64,000 nucleotides of DNA from Paecilomyces variotii (taxonomy: Eukaryota), in assembly GCA_004022145.1 (NCBI GenBank), contig RCNU01000011.1; one strand, 5' to 3'. Below the pieces are notes generated by a model. That model did no database searches. It was not told where the DNA came from and was given only the letters and a program-made list of their open reading frames with translations. Within the stretch, counting starts at the first letter, position 1; every line of letters begins with the position of its first letter. Below are positions 44,877-58,368 of this stretch, piece after piece. A program made the translations under genes and the position numbers.

Positions 44877-46403
44877 TCATCGCCGTCGCCGGTCGTAGTA
44901 TCGGTCATCCCTCGAGTCGCGATTGCTACGCTCGTTGCGGCGATAATCGTCATGCCGTCGTTCACGAGGTCTATCATTATAGCCTTCTCTCCTCCTGGGA
45001 CTCCGGCTGCGAGATCTGTCGCGTCGAGGGGGCTTATACGACTCACGCTCGTCAGGTCTGCGCCGCATCTCCTCCCTGTCGAAAACCATGCCATAGTCGT
45101 CTTTACGGCGATGCTCATCGGAAACCCTATACTGGCGTTTCTTCTCCAAGCCCGATATACCGCCGAAGCCTCCTCTCTGGCCTGCGCGTTTTGAATTGGT
45201 GGCATTGCGCCAGCTTTCGGATAGTTTCGAAACCTGCGCGAAAGTTAGTTAGGATGATACACCACAGCTGTTGCTGGAGGGCAACGTACACTCTGAGAGA
45301 AATCCACGTGGATACGGTGATCATCAATCAGCACCCCTTGCATTTTGAAATAGGCTTGTTCGCAGTCCTTCTGGTTTTCAAACTCGATAAAGGCATATTG
45401 CAAGCTGTCACCCGTTCGCTTATCCCGTATAACCTCACACGACAAAATTGGCCCGAACCGGCTGAAAATGAGATGGAGATCTTCGTCTGAACCTTTTGTC
45501 AGCTCCACACCACAATCTGCGAGATATTTGGGTTACGTACCTTGGGTCACGGGGTTAAGCTTGCATACAAACAACACGTTTTCAGGCGGCTTTACTTCGG
45601 CAAATGGGAGATCTCCAACCATTTCCAGTGTCAAGGCCTGAGCCCTAGCTTCACGTTCCCTACGGAGTTTCTCCATTGATTCCTCGTCCATATTTTCGTC
45701 CAGTTCTTCGTCGTCAGCGATCCTGACGGTCGCCAACTGCGCCTTGGAAGGCGGTGGGCTCTCAGGCGGTTCGACCAGGCCTGGGGGGTCATCGTAAGGG
45801 TCATCCAGAATCACCGTATGGCGAATACGGATGTCTTTAAGAGGTCGTCCATTATCGTCGATAAAGGCTTCATTGATTTTCTCAAGGACGTCAAATCCTT
45901 CAACGACCTTCCCAAAGATCACGGCTTTCCCATCCAGGTAATCGAGATTATCACCGAGCGTAACGATGAACTGGCTCGCTGCGAGACGCTCATCGGGATC
46001 TGTAGGAGACGGAACGGTTGCCATGCTCACCGTACCCCTTTCAGTATGCTTCAATTTCGGCGGCAGAGGCACGGAGAACGTTTTCTTCGAAGGGCCTTCC
46101 AATAGACCCCATATCGACGATCCGCCATCGCTCTCTGGGGAACCAGGACCGATCGGATCACCTGTTTGGAAGGTAAAATTCTTTTGGACACTATGTACCG
46201 GCGAGAAATTATAGTATTTCACTTTGCAGAGCTTCAGGAAGCTAAACCGTAGCCACATATAAATCTTAGTTTCACGTTCAGCCACTCACCATATCAAAGG
46301 GCCGACAGAGAGAGGGGACTTACTTCTCACATGCTTTCGGGGAAGCATCAACTAGGAGGTCTATCACAATGTCGCCAAGCGATGTCTCGAGGAGCACACT
46401 CAT
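44877..46403 (-). CDS. Cyclophilin-RRM protein PPIL4/Rct1 (peptidyl-prolyl isomerase-like 4), 4 exons
   Basis: [78 protein letters not shown]-rich tail. Confidence 0.92.
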
Positions 46404-49181
46404 GATGGTGCACGATCTGAGCGCGTCGCGCTGATGACGAAATGGACAACTCTAGTCGAAAGGCACGTAGATTGGATTGTTTTTGGAAAAAAGGGTATAC
46501 TGAAGGATTCTATAGTCCGACAAACTGTTTTTGTAGAGCCCTCACGGAAATCAAAAGTAGACTCGACAGTCCAAAGCTGTTGCGACACAGAGCAAGGACA
46601 TGCGACAGGAAGTTCTGCGATGTTTCTCCGCGGCAGAAAAGTGGAGTGCAGGGCGGCGAGACACCAGCTGCCCGAATAGGCATCAGACTACTAGCTCAAA
46701 AAGCTCCACGCTATTTGGTATCAGAAAAGATCCCAGACGCATCGAAATAATCATATTAGAGCAGCTTCTATTCCTCCAGATCATGGCTTTGAGATATGAC
46801 CGCAGAGGGCCTCATCACGTGCCTCCCGCCAAAGCAAGGCACGACAAGAGTGACCATGAGGAGTACTACTCCTAGTTTACGACATATAGACCAGTACAAC
46901 CTTAGTACCACCTGGTTTCAGGCACTCGTCAAGATTGCAATGTCCGGCTTATGCTCCCGATTAGTTGCCTTAGATAACTATGGTATGTCTTTGCACAGAC
47001 CCACCGGTTTCGGTCACAGATATGCTTATTGAGGATCATCAAGCATACGCAAGACACACGCCATGATTAGACACAGGCCAAATGTGGAGGGCCTCATTGT
47101 TTGTACTATTTCCAGTGGTCAGCTCGAGACTTGTCTTCGGGATTATTCTTCTCCTCTATCATCGTGAGTGCACTCCCCGCGACTCTTTAAAGGTGAGAAT
47201 AGTACCGATCACACTGGCAACTATTGATGTATTCCAGGACGGGAAGGCTAGGAAATGCTTCAAAACGCAGGTGCGAAACTCCAACTTTCGCACAAAGAGA
47301 ATCTGTGAGAAGATATTGGTCTTTTGAGTAATCCTGAACTGAACTGGTAGCCACCGGCAATAACTCGAGCACGTTATTTTTTCACCACTCCACGGATATC
47401 TAAACAGCAGTTGGGGAGTTACAGCAGAACATTATTCAACAGTCTGGCTGTTTCCATGTACGATCCACATTGGGGAGTCACTGTTGCAGCATGATGATGT
47501 TTTGCAAGAGCTACACGTATTAGTTAGTCGGTCTCTAGGCTCGCATTGCACTCCGAAGAATTCTTGGTGCAACCCCAATTCTACTATGACCAGATATCGG
47601 ACTTGCCGCATACATCCTGTGGGGGTTACGAATGCAGCAAGAGCAGTGCCTCATGTGGTAACAATATTCCGTCATGTCGATAGCGGTGCCGTATCCTGCT
47701 CAAGTGCACCTATCCTTCTGGAATCTGGATCCTCGTTCGAACCCCTGAGGCTCATAGTGCATTCGTGGGCATTCCACTCCTATAAAGACGTGTTATGAGA
47801 CAGGTATAATTCTTATGTCGAACAACCAAGCTGCTGCTTGTCTTCGCTACCACGGCTTCTTAGCCTCCGGCTGCCGTCCAGCAGCGCAGGGAGTCCATTT
47901 CAGCATCTGGGATATTCTACAACGAGACTGTTCCAAACGAGGTTCTGGAATACGAGGCGAATTCTGGACTAGGCAGCTTTGCCTACTGAGACAGGGATCT
48001 CAGAATCGACGAGACTACCGCAGACCTTTCGAGATCATTTCGTTTGCGAGCAGTCCTAGGCCACGCTGGTCCGGACAGTGCCTGGTTGCCACACATTTAA
48101 AAATAAATTCTTAAGGCTCCGGACTACCATGGATGTGCCTAGACAATACAGGGAGGCGAGATGGTAGTCGAACTTGATGGGCTCCCAGGAAGTTTGCTCT
48201 GATTTCAATTTGCAGAAATAGAGGCCAATCAGCTTATCGAGGAGGTCAACCCTGGAAGCAAACACCGGACTTGGCGACGGTTGTTCAACATGACTTTCCT
48301 CAACAACCTAACTGACAGGTTCGTCTATTTCAACAATTGCAAACGCGTAGCGGATGCTTGCTCTGCGGAAGCTACCCAGGTTCTCTAGGCTTGAGGTCCA
48401 TGATTCCTCTACGGTGGCTTTACCAGTGTCTGGACCGACACGAGGGAATGCTTTAGATCCTATTAATGATCCAGAAGCCCAGATTTATCTTCTATCGTTT
48501 GCCTCTTTCTATCCCAGCAGCTTGTCTTCCTTCTCAAGAACTAACCTCTTTCTGTGATCGACACCAGGGATCCTGAATGGTTTATACGTGTGACGTTACT
48601 CTGTGGAACAGGAGATCCAATCCAAGGCTTCTTACGAATTCCCCTTGTTGTCCATCGACACCGTATTCTATGCTTTCTCACTGTTCTTCTCAACCTGATG
48701 GGGCGGCTCGTTGCATGACCCCTGTGTACAACAAAGAATTTAGGTGCCAAACTAGCCCAGAACGATCAGTGGAGCAAATGAATTAGCGAGAGAATGCTGG
48801 TCCTGCATATTAGAAACTGGTTATGATTGATCTGATTATTGACGCCCTGGAAGAGAAGATGTTCTTGGAGCAAAATAATAAGACAATCAGCCCGCTTAGT
48901 CGCCATATATGACTTAAATGGGAGGCATCCTGGAAATACTCTACATAATGCTTGTTACTGTACTTTGATGCCTGTCAGACAGCTTGACTATGCTAGCTTA
49001 CTCTTTTCCAATCGCATGATATTCGTATCTCGAGGTTAAATAAGTCCTGTGCATGACAATCACCTTACATATGGTCACAAGAAGATCTTATTGCCCAGGC
49101 TCTTGACTTCTCACTGCCCATTGTGTGGGCACATCCTAACCTGTGGCTTTTATCTCTTATCTGAATGCTGGATGAACGGGA

Positions 49182-50818
49182 ATGATGGCAAACCGTTCTG
49201 ATACACGTCAAGATGAGCCTGATTTGAATCGCCGATCAAAGAGGAATACGCCATTTCTAGGTCCTCAATTCAGGCGCAAAGGTGCCAAAGAACCTTTCAG
49301 TCGAAAGAAAGCTGGGAACAGTCCAGCTCCTAGTGACGGAGAAAACAAGAAGCGCACTGGTCCACAGCGCAGAAGGATTCAAGTTGCAGTATGTGTCTGC
49401 CACTATATCACCCAGAATATTGTACACATACTAATGTTTCCAGTGTAAACGGTGCCGTAGACGGAAAATCAAGTGCAGTGGTGATCCAGGCGATGGTCAA
49501 GGGTGCTCGAACTGCAAAAATTCGGGTACTCCAGACTGTCAATTTCTCAGGGTGAGTGAATACCACGATCTAGTTGTCTGGATTGTATTGACCAGGCCCC
49601 TCTGTTATAACTTAGGTCAATTCATCCGAACTTCAGCCTAGATCAAGTTATCCTAGCTGGCTATATTCGGCATCGAGTACACCTTCCCTCCTGGGCTCGA
49701 CTTACGGTAATAGTCAGCAGCCAGCTTCCAAAGGTGCTACATTATCGACGCTCCAAGCAACAAGTTCATCTCTGCGTCAACCAAACTATGGACTAGGGAC
49801 GCACGCCGAGCGTCGTTCATCCACGAGGAACAGCTTTGCCGGCAGTGTCCGGGGAGACTATGAAAGTGACTCCATGGCCGCACAATCGATGCAATCGCCC
49901 GCGTATCTGCTGCCGCATTCCAACTCGAGTGCAATGCAAAGATACTGCGAGTACCCGGATATCACTCGATTGAGCTATTCTAGTCCAACTTTCACGAGAG
50001 CTCAGGTCGGAACACTCTATCCAGATCACGATCTCTTGAGTCCGCTAGCGCAGACAGAATATTCATACCCTGAGCCTTCCCATGCTTCGCTATCTGCTGA
50101 TATTCCTCCTCTCTTTCCTGCACTTGAATCTTTGTCCAGTGGTCAAGGATACGATCGAACCTTGCCCGATCCTACTAGCAGAAGTCAGCTGTCGACCAAT
50201 TCTATGGCGACTGCTTCATCATCGGAAATACCTCCGTCATCGTCATCACACTTCCCATCAGAGATAAATGGAAAGTCTAGGAACCGGTGGCTATCTCAGA
50301 ACGAGGCGTCACCGAGAAGCCAGGCTTCGACACGGACTATCTCGAGTGTCACTGGTATCGTGAACCCTATGGACCACATGAAGGCAGCTTCAACTGCTCA
50401 TGACGTGATTTTCAAGTACATGACGATGGGGAGCAGCGTTCCTCCACCTCCAGTCGCGTCCGATACGTTCAGTGAGGATAGAGCAAACACCGCCGATGAC
50501 TATCGCACACATGCAGATACCGAGCTTACCAGAAGTCTGTCCAGAGATGATGATTCTCTGCTTTCTGTCGAGAGCTGTAGCCCACAGATGTATGGCTACA
50601 GCACCAATGAGAACTCTGGACGTCGCTCTCGAATGGAAGCATCCCCTTCTTCAGCTACCTTGGTGAATGGACTGCAATATACTCGTGTTAGGCGGCCTGA
50701 CAATCCCAGTCTTTTGCCCTATGGTTTGGTTCATTCTGAGACTGCATTGGACTTCCGCGCCCCCTCAGATATCCACAAGACATCCATACCTTCAGTCAGT
50801 AATACCACCGGTTGCTAG
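49182..50818 (+). CDS. Zn(II)2Cys6 transcription factor, 3 exons
   Basis: RRRIQVA|CKRCRRRKIKCSGDPGDGQGCSNCKNSGTPDC across an intron at about 49389-49443. A second intron at about 49552-49615 leads in frame into Ser/Pro-rich ORF 49874..50818. Confidence 0.85.
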
Positions 50819-52525
50819 ATTGTCGATAACAGGAGAGCATCGGCTGTTCAATATGGCTCATGCCTATTCAGTTACTCTGCAGTCTGATCCGCCTCGATCT
50901 ACGGTGCTACCGAGCCCTTACATACAAACCTCTGAAATCCACGAGCAGGAATGGATGCTCAGGAAGTATGATCCTCGCCGTTGATATGCCGCGAGTTTTC
51001 ATCATCCTTTAACCCTTCAAAGTTCGCGACCTGGTGATGCGCACTACATCATCTGGACTAGAGGAATGCCTCATCGCGATAATTGAAGTGGATTCGAGAT
51101 CGTTTATCGGTCTTTTCGGTTCTTTCGCAGGATATATTATCTATGAACGGATACTTGATTTTGTCAGTCGAAATTTCACCTGGGTGAAACACGCTTGCTT
51201 TTTTCCAAACTGCATTAATCATAATTCTCATATTTCCTCCTCCTTCTTCCTTGTTTTTTGTCCCTGCCATTTTCTTCACAAGATCCTTGATATCCATTCT
51301 TGGATAATATTTTTCCCCTTTTTGTCTGATTTTTTTCTTTTCGGGTTGCACAGGATCCATCCACGATCCATCCAGTCTGCCAGGTTTGGGATTGGGATTG
51401 GGCTTTTCATCCCATCTCATCTCTATGCATTTCTCTTCTCTGCTACCTGAGGGCGGGATATTATCAAGTATAACTTATCTGTTCTTAGAGTCTTATGGTC
51501 GGAAATAATGTTTTCTTTGCTCTTTCTTTCTTTCGTTCGCATTTCCTTGGCTCCGATATTTATTTTTTTCGGAATATCTACAGTAGTCTAGTACTCCTTT
51601 TTTTCTTTTTTCTTTTCTTGTTTCTTGATGTACAGTACAGCGAACCTTCCCAGTAGGTAGCTTACCTTAGTTTAGCTTAGATATAGGAATGATAATTTAG
51701 ATAGATAGAGTTACTGAACTTTAGTACCTGTCTATGGATCAAGACTGACTTTGCAGTTGTGTTCAAGTAAGGTTTGAATTCAATGAATTGTGTGTTGTAC
51801 CTATGTGTAGAGCGCTTGGACCGTTACTAGCATATGCAGCAGGTTAGTTATTTCTATTTTTGGCAGGGGATGGTGAACAATGTTCCCTGTGTGCGCTTTG
51901 TAAGGGGACAGAGAAATTGTGCTCGAGTAGTACATGGGTGATTTGCGTGATGTGATATCATCTAGAACAGGGGGACGCTGGGCTATAAGACTACGGTGCT
52001 GGATGGACTTCTTGGGTAATCGGGAATGCCGTGTCTACAAACATACTTAACGGCATATGCAGTGGTGGACAAATATGTGGGCTGGGCTTGCAGGGAAGCT
52101 GGTGGAGGCAGAATAAGGAAATGCCCCTGTCATATACTAGCTGCAGTACAGCTCCCAGAGCGCGTTGGGGACATATATATGTTTCCAGCAAAACATGCCG
52201 CGGTATTTGCTTTTTTGTATCCATAGAAGTAAGAGTACATCGCTGATAACCGATGCTGGAAGGATGATGATGATTCCGGTGACTGGTGGTTTTGGATGAT
52301 GCTGATGCTGGTAAGAAACAAGAAATTTGGTTAAGAAATATCATCCAGAGCTTCCGATTTTCGACGTTCCGCTCTTCCTCTCCGTCATCGTCATGGTCAT
52401 GATAAAGGGTATGCCACCAATAACATTTTGCGCCACCGGTACTACCGCTATTATCAGATCCAGCATCATCGGCCCCCGGCCGCCTCTGACTCCAATCCCA
52501 TCTCCGTCCGTCAGCCTGCAGTCGT

Positions 52526-53201
52526 TTAGTCCTTGCTCTTCTTGGGACCCTTGGTCTTGGCAGTTCCGCGGAACTTCTTGGAGCGGTTCTTTCTCTGCTT
52601 GCCTGTATGAAGGAAGAGATTAGGTTAGCTTCGTCTCTTTTCACATTCGACACGTCCCATCCAGCATAGGGATGAAAAAGCTGGCGTGGGCGCGAGGAGT
52701 AAAACATACGCTGCTGTCGGCTGGCCTTCTCGATCTTGGCAGCGGCACCAATGCGGACCAGACGGTAGTGAGGCTCGAACTTCTTCAGGGCCTCGTGGGA
52801 GTCGTAGACCAGAGCGAAACCAGTGCTCTTGCCACCACCGTATTGCGTACGGAAACCGAAGACGGAGACCTGGTCCTTGTTGGCCTTGTAGAGGTCGGCC
52901 AGCTTGTCACGGAGCTCATCCTTGGAGACGTTGGGGCGGTTGGGGTGGAGGACATCCCTACACGAAGAAAAATCATCATGTTAGATATTGCAGTCTGAAA
53001 AAATAGTCCCCGATCCAGGCCACGCATATCCCCTTGATCCTCCTCTTTCTTTGCTGCGCATTCCTCCCTTTCCAACCGGCGCGCTGGTGATGTTCATCTT
53101 GGTTTCATGATGGGGGATGCTTACACGACCATCTGCTTTCTGCCGAGCAGAGGGTTGCGGATGAACTTGCGCGTCCGCAGGGTAACGGGGGCGTCGGCCA
53201 T
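52526..53201 (-). CDS. rps24: 40S ribosomal protein S24 (eS24), 3 exons
   Basis: [25 protein letters not shown] / [36 protein letters not shown] / [15 protein letters not shown]. Confidence 0.96.
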
Positions 53202-53536
53202 GATTGCGGTGAGTTATTGACGGAAACGAACCACCGGCTGCTGTGAGAATCTGCGTCGACAGGGGCAGATACTCGTGGGACGATGGGTTGGCGAAATTGA
53301 TGTCGCTGTCGATGCCGTCTAAAGATTCAAACGTATTTTCAATTTCGGGCTGGATGGTGTGCGGGCAAGTCAGGTGTGGGCTCGGCTAGGGCCTGGCCCA
53401 CGCTAAGCCCGATCGGGCATACTCCCACCACGGCCCTTTCGGGATGAACGAGGAAGAGACGAACATCGCGTCGTTGTTCTCGCTTGGCTTCTTTTACTGC
53501 GTTCCAGAGACAATAATCCTGCGGTTGTCGACCAAG

Positions 53537-54922
53537 ATGGCTGTGGATGATATTGATGATGAGGCATGCATCGCAAAATTGGTTGCGCAGTACTTCCAGA
53601 TGGTCGAGCCACGCGACCTCTGTGTTCCCTCCGCCGAAGCCATAGTCCGTCCGGCAGCACAGACGGCCATCTATGAGCAGATGTTTAACGAGACCACGGT
53701 GTGGCCATTACCCCCGGTCAGTTATCGAACAAGGGTCTTGAAAATGATCATATCACGAATTGAAGAATCGATATCGAACCCGGAGGAGGATGTATGATGC
53801 CCCTCCCCGTGCCTGTTCTGTTTTAGCCAATCATACTTGGAGCCTTTGACGTCTCTCTATGTCGCTTCTTACTCTACACGCGCACATCTTCTCTTCCTCC
53901 CATATGCGGTCGATTTCTGTTATATCCATTCTTTCTAACATTATCTTTCTTATTCTTTCTAGGAGATCATAGAGGATCTCATGAACTGCTGGGGCGAACT
54001 TATTGCACAGCCAAAGCAGTCCCCACTTGACCAGGCTCAACAATTGTCGTATGTCAAATATATAGCACCCAAGTCTCAAGTGAACGAGGAGAGTCGCTCT
54101 GTTGTCACTTCGGAATCTAGAGGTCTCATCTTATCAGCTGGTACCACAGGGTTCCGCACGTGGGAAGCCGCTCTGCATCTAGGGACATTTTTATCTACTT
54201 CAGAGGGCGAATCTCTTGTGCGCGGAAAGAGAGTCATCGAGCTGGGCGCCGGTACCGGATTCTTGTCGTTGTATTGTGCGAAGTATCTGAACGTAGAGAG
54301 CGTTCTAGTTACTGATCGAGAACCAGCTTTGATCACTAACATCCAGGATTGTGTGAGCCGTAATGAGCTTGGAGGAGCCCGGATTTGGCCTGCGATCTGG
54401 GAATGGGGCAGCAACCTGGAAGAACCATCCAAGAGCCAGGAGCCAGATGAACCGTGGCGTTTTGATATTGCGTTAGGAGCTGACTTGGTACGCGAGTCTA
54501 TACTCATTCCGTGTATTTATCACTAACTTGGACATGATTTGTCGACTGCTGCAGATTTACGATGTCGACCTCGTCCCTCTTCTAGTGTCCACACTACGTG
54601 ACATGTTCGAAAACTACCAACTAAAAGAGTTCCTTATCTCTGCTACTCTCCGCAACCAAGACACCTTCAAGGCGTTCCTCAACGCCTGTGGTAGGTTCCC
54701 TCCTTGCCTTTATGGGGTTGTAGTCGATATCTTCTGACAAATACCACGCAAATTGTACGACTTGCTAACCCCGGACTTTCTGCTGCAGAAACAAATAGCT
54801 TCCAAATCAACAAAGTTCCCTTTGAGTCACCTCCCGCGGAGGCTCAGACGGGGTTCTTCCATTCAACGTCCATCCCTATCGAGATTTACAGGATCACACC
54901 TCCGTCCGAGACGGATCGGTGA
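53537..54922 (+). CDS. efm3: Seven-beta-strand protein-lysine methyltransferase, Efm3/FAM86A (eEF2-KMT)-like, 4 exons
   Basis: Motifs YRTRVLK..IE, GTTGFRTWEAALHL, VIELGAGTG, VTDRE and FDIALGADL|IYD. Confidence 0.8.
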
Positions 54923-55624
54923 TCACTGCGATTACAGGGGGTTTCGTTGTTTTCAACCTAGTCTGCAGGTGTGCCATGTCTGTATCACCTCATCTTGACC
55001 CAATTTAGGGCGCCGCCGACTCCCGTCGATACCGTCTGGTGTCTCAGCTTACCGATGCAGATGATCTATGGTTCTATTTACTTTCCTGGTCTAGCTGCGG
55101 CATGGATAATGGAAGACGAGGCTTCAACCAGAAGTCTTGAGTTCTGCACGCTTGCGGACTATATTGCCACGTGTGGTATCTTATATCCAACCGGCCAACC
55201 ATGAATACGCTCTTGAATTGCTATCCTCACAGAACAGTATTAGACTGAAACGGATAAACCCTGGGCTCGTGTGGTCCTGGTCAAGATATCGTCGGTGTCG
55301 GGATCCGATTGGTACAGCCATCGCAGCACATTGCTTATGATTGCCTAGTGACTTCAATGTCGCTACAGTGTCCGAGCACCTCTCATCGTAACAGTCCGTC
55401 CCACTTGTATTAATCTTATCAACATGATCAGACAAGAGACCAATCAACCGGTACAGCTAGAAAGAAGCCAATTTCTATGAAGGGGATTGTAAATCCAAAT
55501 GCATTGAACAATATGTGCAATCGAATAAGGGAGCCTGATGCTTTTTTCGCTCTTCCCTGGAACGCCACGGTGCAGTTATACAATTCACAATGCTAGAAAA
55601 CGAAGGACAGGTGACAACGTCGAA

Positions 55625-56842
55625 TCATTTCTCTTTCTTTTTGGACTTTGACTTGGACGACTTGTCCTTGTCCTTTTCTTTCTTCTCCTTCTTGGTCTTT
55701 GTTGTGGGAGGCTGCGCGTCCGCCTGTGTCTCTTGAGGAGCAGGGCCATTCTGCTCTGAAGGTGCCGAGGAGGGGGCGCGGGCAACGCCGCCTGACATGG
55801 TCAACGAGTCACCTCTGCGATAAGAAGTGATGCCTCTCCGTTCATCTGCGGCCAACTTCTCTTCCTCTTCAGGTGAGAGCATAGTGCCCTCGATGCTGAT
55901 AAACCCGCGCTCGCGATCAGCGCTGGGGATGACATCAATGTCTCGCACGCGGAAGCGGATGGTACCACGGACACGGTGCCCTGAGGCAGACTGGAAGTAT
56001 CCAGTTGCTGTCGAATCCTCCGTGTCCATATCCTGTCCCTTATCCTGAGTCTCGACGCCCAAAGGAAGTCTAACCGGGGTAAAGTGTTCTTTTTCCGGGT
56101 CAAACGAATCTTCTTCATCTCCAGAATTTTCGGCAGAAGTAGCAGCCGATTTTTTAGCATCTGTGCTGTCATCTTCTTCACCTGGTGGGATCCACTTCCA
56201 GTCCGCTGGCAGACGTCTCCGCTCAATGCCCACAGAGAAGAGATTGTAGACAACGGCTCCCAGGAAGCCTTCGGACTGAACGTTGACCCATCCCTCCAGA
56301 ACCTGACCGCGCTGAGGTCTGAAAACCAGGAAGGTTGCCGTCAGGTAGACGTAGAGCACTCCGTATTCGTTGGCGGTGGTGGCTAGGGTCAAGGGCTGCG
56401 GGTTATCGCTGTCCTTCGCTGGGTTTGAAGTTGGAGGTTTGCTAGATATCGAGGCATTCGAGTATGCCAGAATAATACCCTTGAGAGGAGGATAGTATGT
56501 TAGGAGAAGCGGAGAAAGATGCTCTGCCAGCAGAGAGGCCAGTGCATGTGTGGGGGATATCGAAATCGGTGACAAAGGCAGGTAGAGGGTCGAGGTGACG
56601 AGGTTGAAAGGCGAGTCTGAAGGTTCCTGTGCTTCTGAAGACTTTTCCTTCTTCTTGTCCTTGGACTTTTTCTCCTTCTTTGACGACGTCTCTGCGGAAA
56701 TCAAGTCTGCCGCATCGGCATCACGGTGCTTCCGCTTCTTTGCGGGCGACGCATGATCCTTGTTCTTGTGCTTGCGCTTCCGTTCGCGCTCCACCGAAGT
56801 AGGCGCATGATCCGAATCAATATCCATGGCGTCGGCCGACAT
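55625..56842 (-). CDS. rpa43: RNA polymerase I subunit Rpa43
   Basis: Motifs LYLPLSPI, EHLSPLLLTYY..GIILAY, FLVFRP..GQVLEGWVNVQSEGFLG and ISIEGTML; Lys-rich termini. Confidence 0.85.
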   Translation of the reverse strand: MSADAMDIDSDHAPTSVERERKRKHKNKDHASPAKKRKHRDADAADLISAETSSKKEKKSKDKKKEKSSEAQEPSDSPFNLVTSTLYLPLSPISISPTHALASLLAEHLSPLLLTYYPPLKGIILAYSNASISSKPPTSNPAKDSDNPQPLTLATTANEYGVLYVYLTATFLVFRPQRGQVLEGWVNVQSEGFLGAVVYNLFSVGIERRRLPADWKWIPPGEEDDSTDAKKSAATSAENSGDEEDSFDPEKEHFTPVRLPLGVETQDKGQDMDTEDSTATGYFQSASGHRVRGTIRFRVRDIDVIPSADRERGFISIEGTMLSPEEEEKLAADERRGITSYRRGDSLTMSGGVARAPSSAPSEQNGPAPQETQADAQPPTTKTKKEKKEKDKDKSSKSKSKKKEK

Positions 56843-57137
56843 GGTGGGCGCAATTGGGGACTCCGACGAGTAGGCCTGGGAGACTGGGAGAATCGAAGCC
56901 GGCGATCAAGTTCAGCGTCCGCGAACTTTTTTTCTTCGGTGTGGAGGAGAAAGCAGAACAGGAAGGCGGTGAGGCGGGTGGACAACCCAGATGATCCCCC
57001 AAAGCGCTTAGATTCGCTCTGCTAAGTTCATTGATAGTCGCGACGTAGCATAAGCAAACTCCGGAATAGGATCACGACGCAGTGTTTGGGTTTTATAATA
57101 CCCATGGGAGGGGTGTGATTTTACCTGAGCTGACGTG

Positions 57138-58368
57138 ATGTCGTCACTTTTGTCGTTCGCTGGCTGGGCCGTCCTGCCAAACGTGAGTAGCCCCGGTATC
57201 TAATCTGTATGCCGTGTCTACAGTATGCTTCGGGATGATGAGTGCTCATTGATTACTTGGATAGTATGCCACTTCGTTCCTGCAAAGCGTCTACTATGGC
57301 CTCACCATCCGCGCTGGTGAACCTCGGCCCCAACCGCCGTCACCCCGCTACGAACGGCACCGCCGGCGCATATTCATCCTAGTAGTGACCAGCTATCTCC
57401 TGTACACATTGTACGAAACCTTCTTCCAGGTCCGCCAGGCAGGGGACTTTTATCGTGTCCTTGGAGTCTCGCCGCTGGCGGATGAGAGGACCATAAAGTC
57501 CCGATTCCGTCGACTCGCAGCGCAGCATCATCCTGACAAGCTGCAACATGCTGATGGGATGTCGGCCGCGGGTTCGGAAGCCTTCTTTGTATATCTGAAG
57601 CTAGCACAAGACACACTGGTTGACCCTGTGCGGCGATTCGCCTATGACCGGTTTGGTCCTGAGATAGTTCAAGGGAAAGAACGCAAAACTATACAAGAGT
57701 ATGCCTTTGCGGCGCTCTACGGATTGCTGCCACAGTACGTGGTCGGAGCTGCGATGCTTGTTTTTATGAGCGTGGCGTGGTGGTCTTCCTGGGGTCGTTA
57801 CGTGAGTGTTATTCTCTTGGTCGTTGCTTAAAGCTGCTCGCCTGCTAACACGATTGGATTATAGTGGCGCTTTTACTCGTTTGCGCTCCTGGTGACGCTT
57901 GAGATCGCGTTGGTAACGCATCCGTCGGCCATCCTCATGCCGGCCTCTTTTCTGCCCCCGGGTCTTCGATCACTGCTGGGCATTTCTGTCGACCAGCCAG
58001 GTTTCTATCTTCTGCCTTTCCAAATCCTCACGCTTGCCCGTCGTGCCTCGGTCACGCTGCACATCTTCATCTCACAGATCAGCCCACCGGAACCGAAGGC
58101 GTCACCCGCTTCGGCTGGACTGAAGCCGCGGACTGTGCAGCAATTAGGTCAGCTGCAGCAGCTCTCGCGCGTCACGGATGCGGAGGCCACAAGGCTGCTA
58201 CAACTTGGGTTCGCGCCTTACCGGGGCGACAAAGAGAGCGTGGCGACGCTGCGACGGGGGATGAAAGAGGGTTTAGTACTGGGTGCAGTGAGACAGAGTC
58301 CGGAGGTCAAGGAGGCCGTCCAGCAAGTGATCGAAAAGAGGAAACGGGAAGCCCACAGGGACGAGTAG
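57138..58368 (+). CDS. Membrane-associated DnaJ (J-domain) protein, 3 exons
   Basis: MSSLLSFAGWAVLPN; introns about 57183-57263 and 57802-57863; J-domain DFYRVLGV..IKSRFRRLAAQHHPDK..RFAYDRFG; hydrophobic segments. Confidence 0.85.

Noticed and set aside
51034-51450. Phe-rich and Lys-rich ORFs downstream of the Zn2Cys6 gene
   Set aside because: Translations of T-rich 3' UTR-like sequence.
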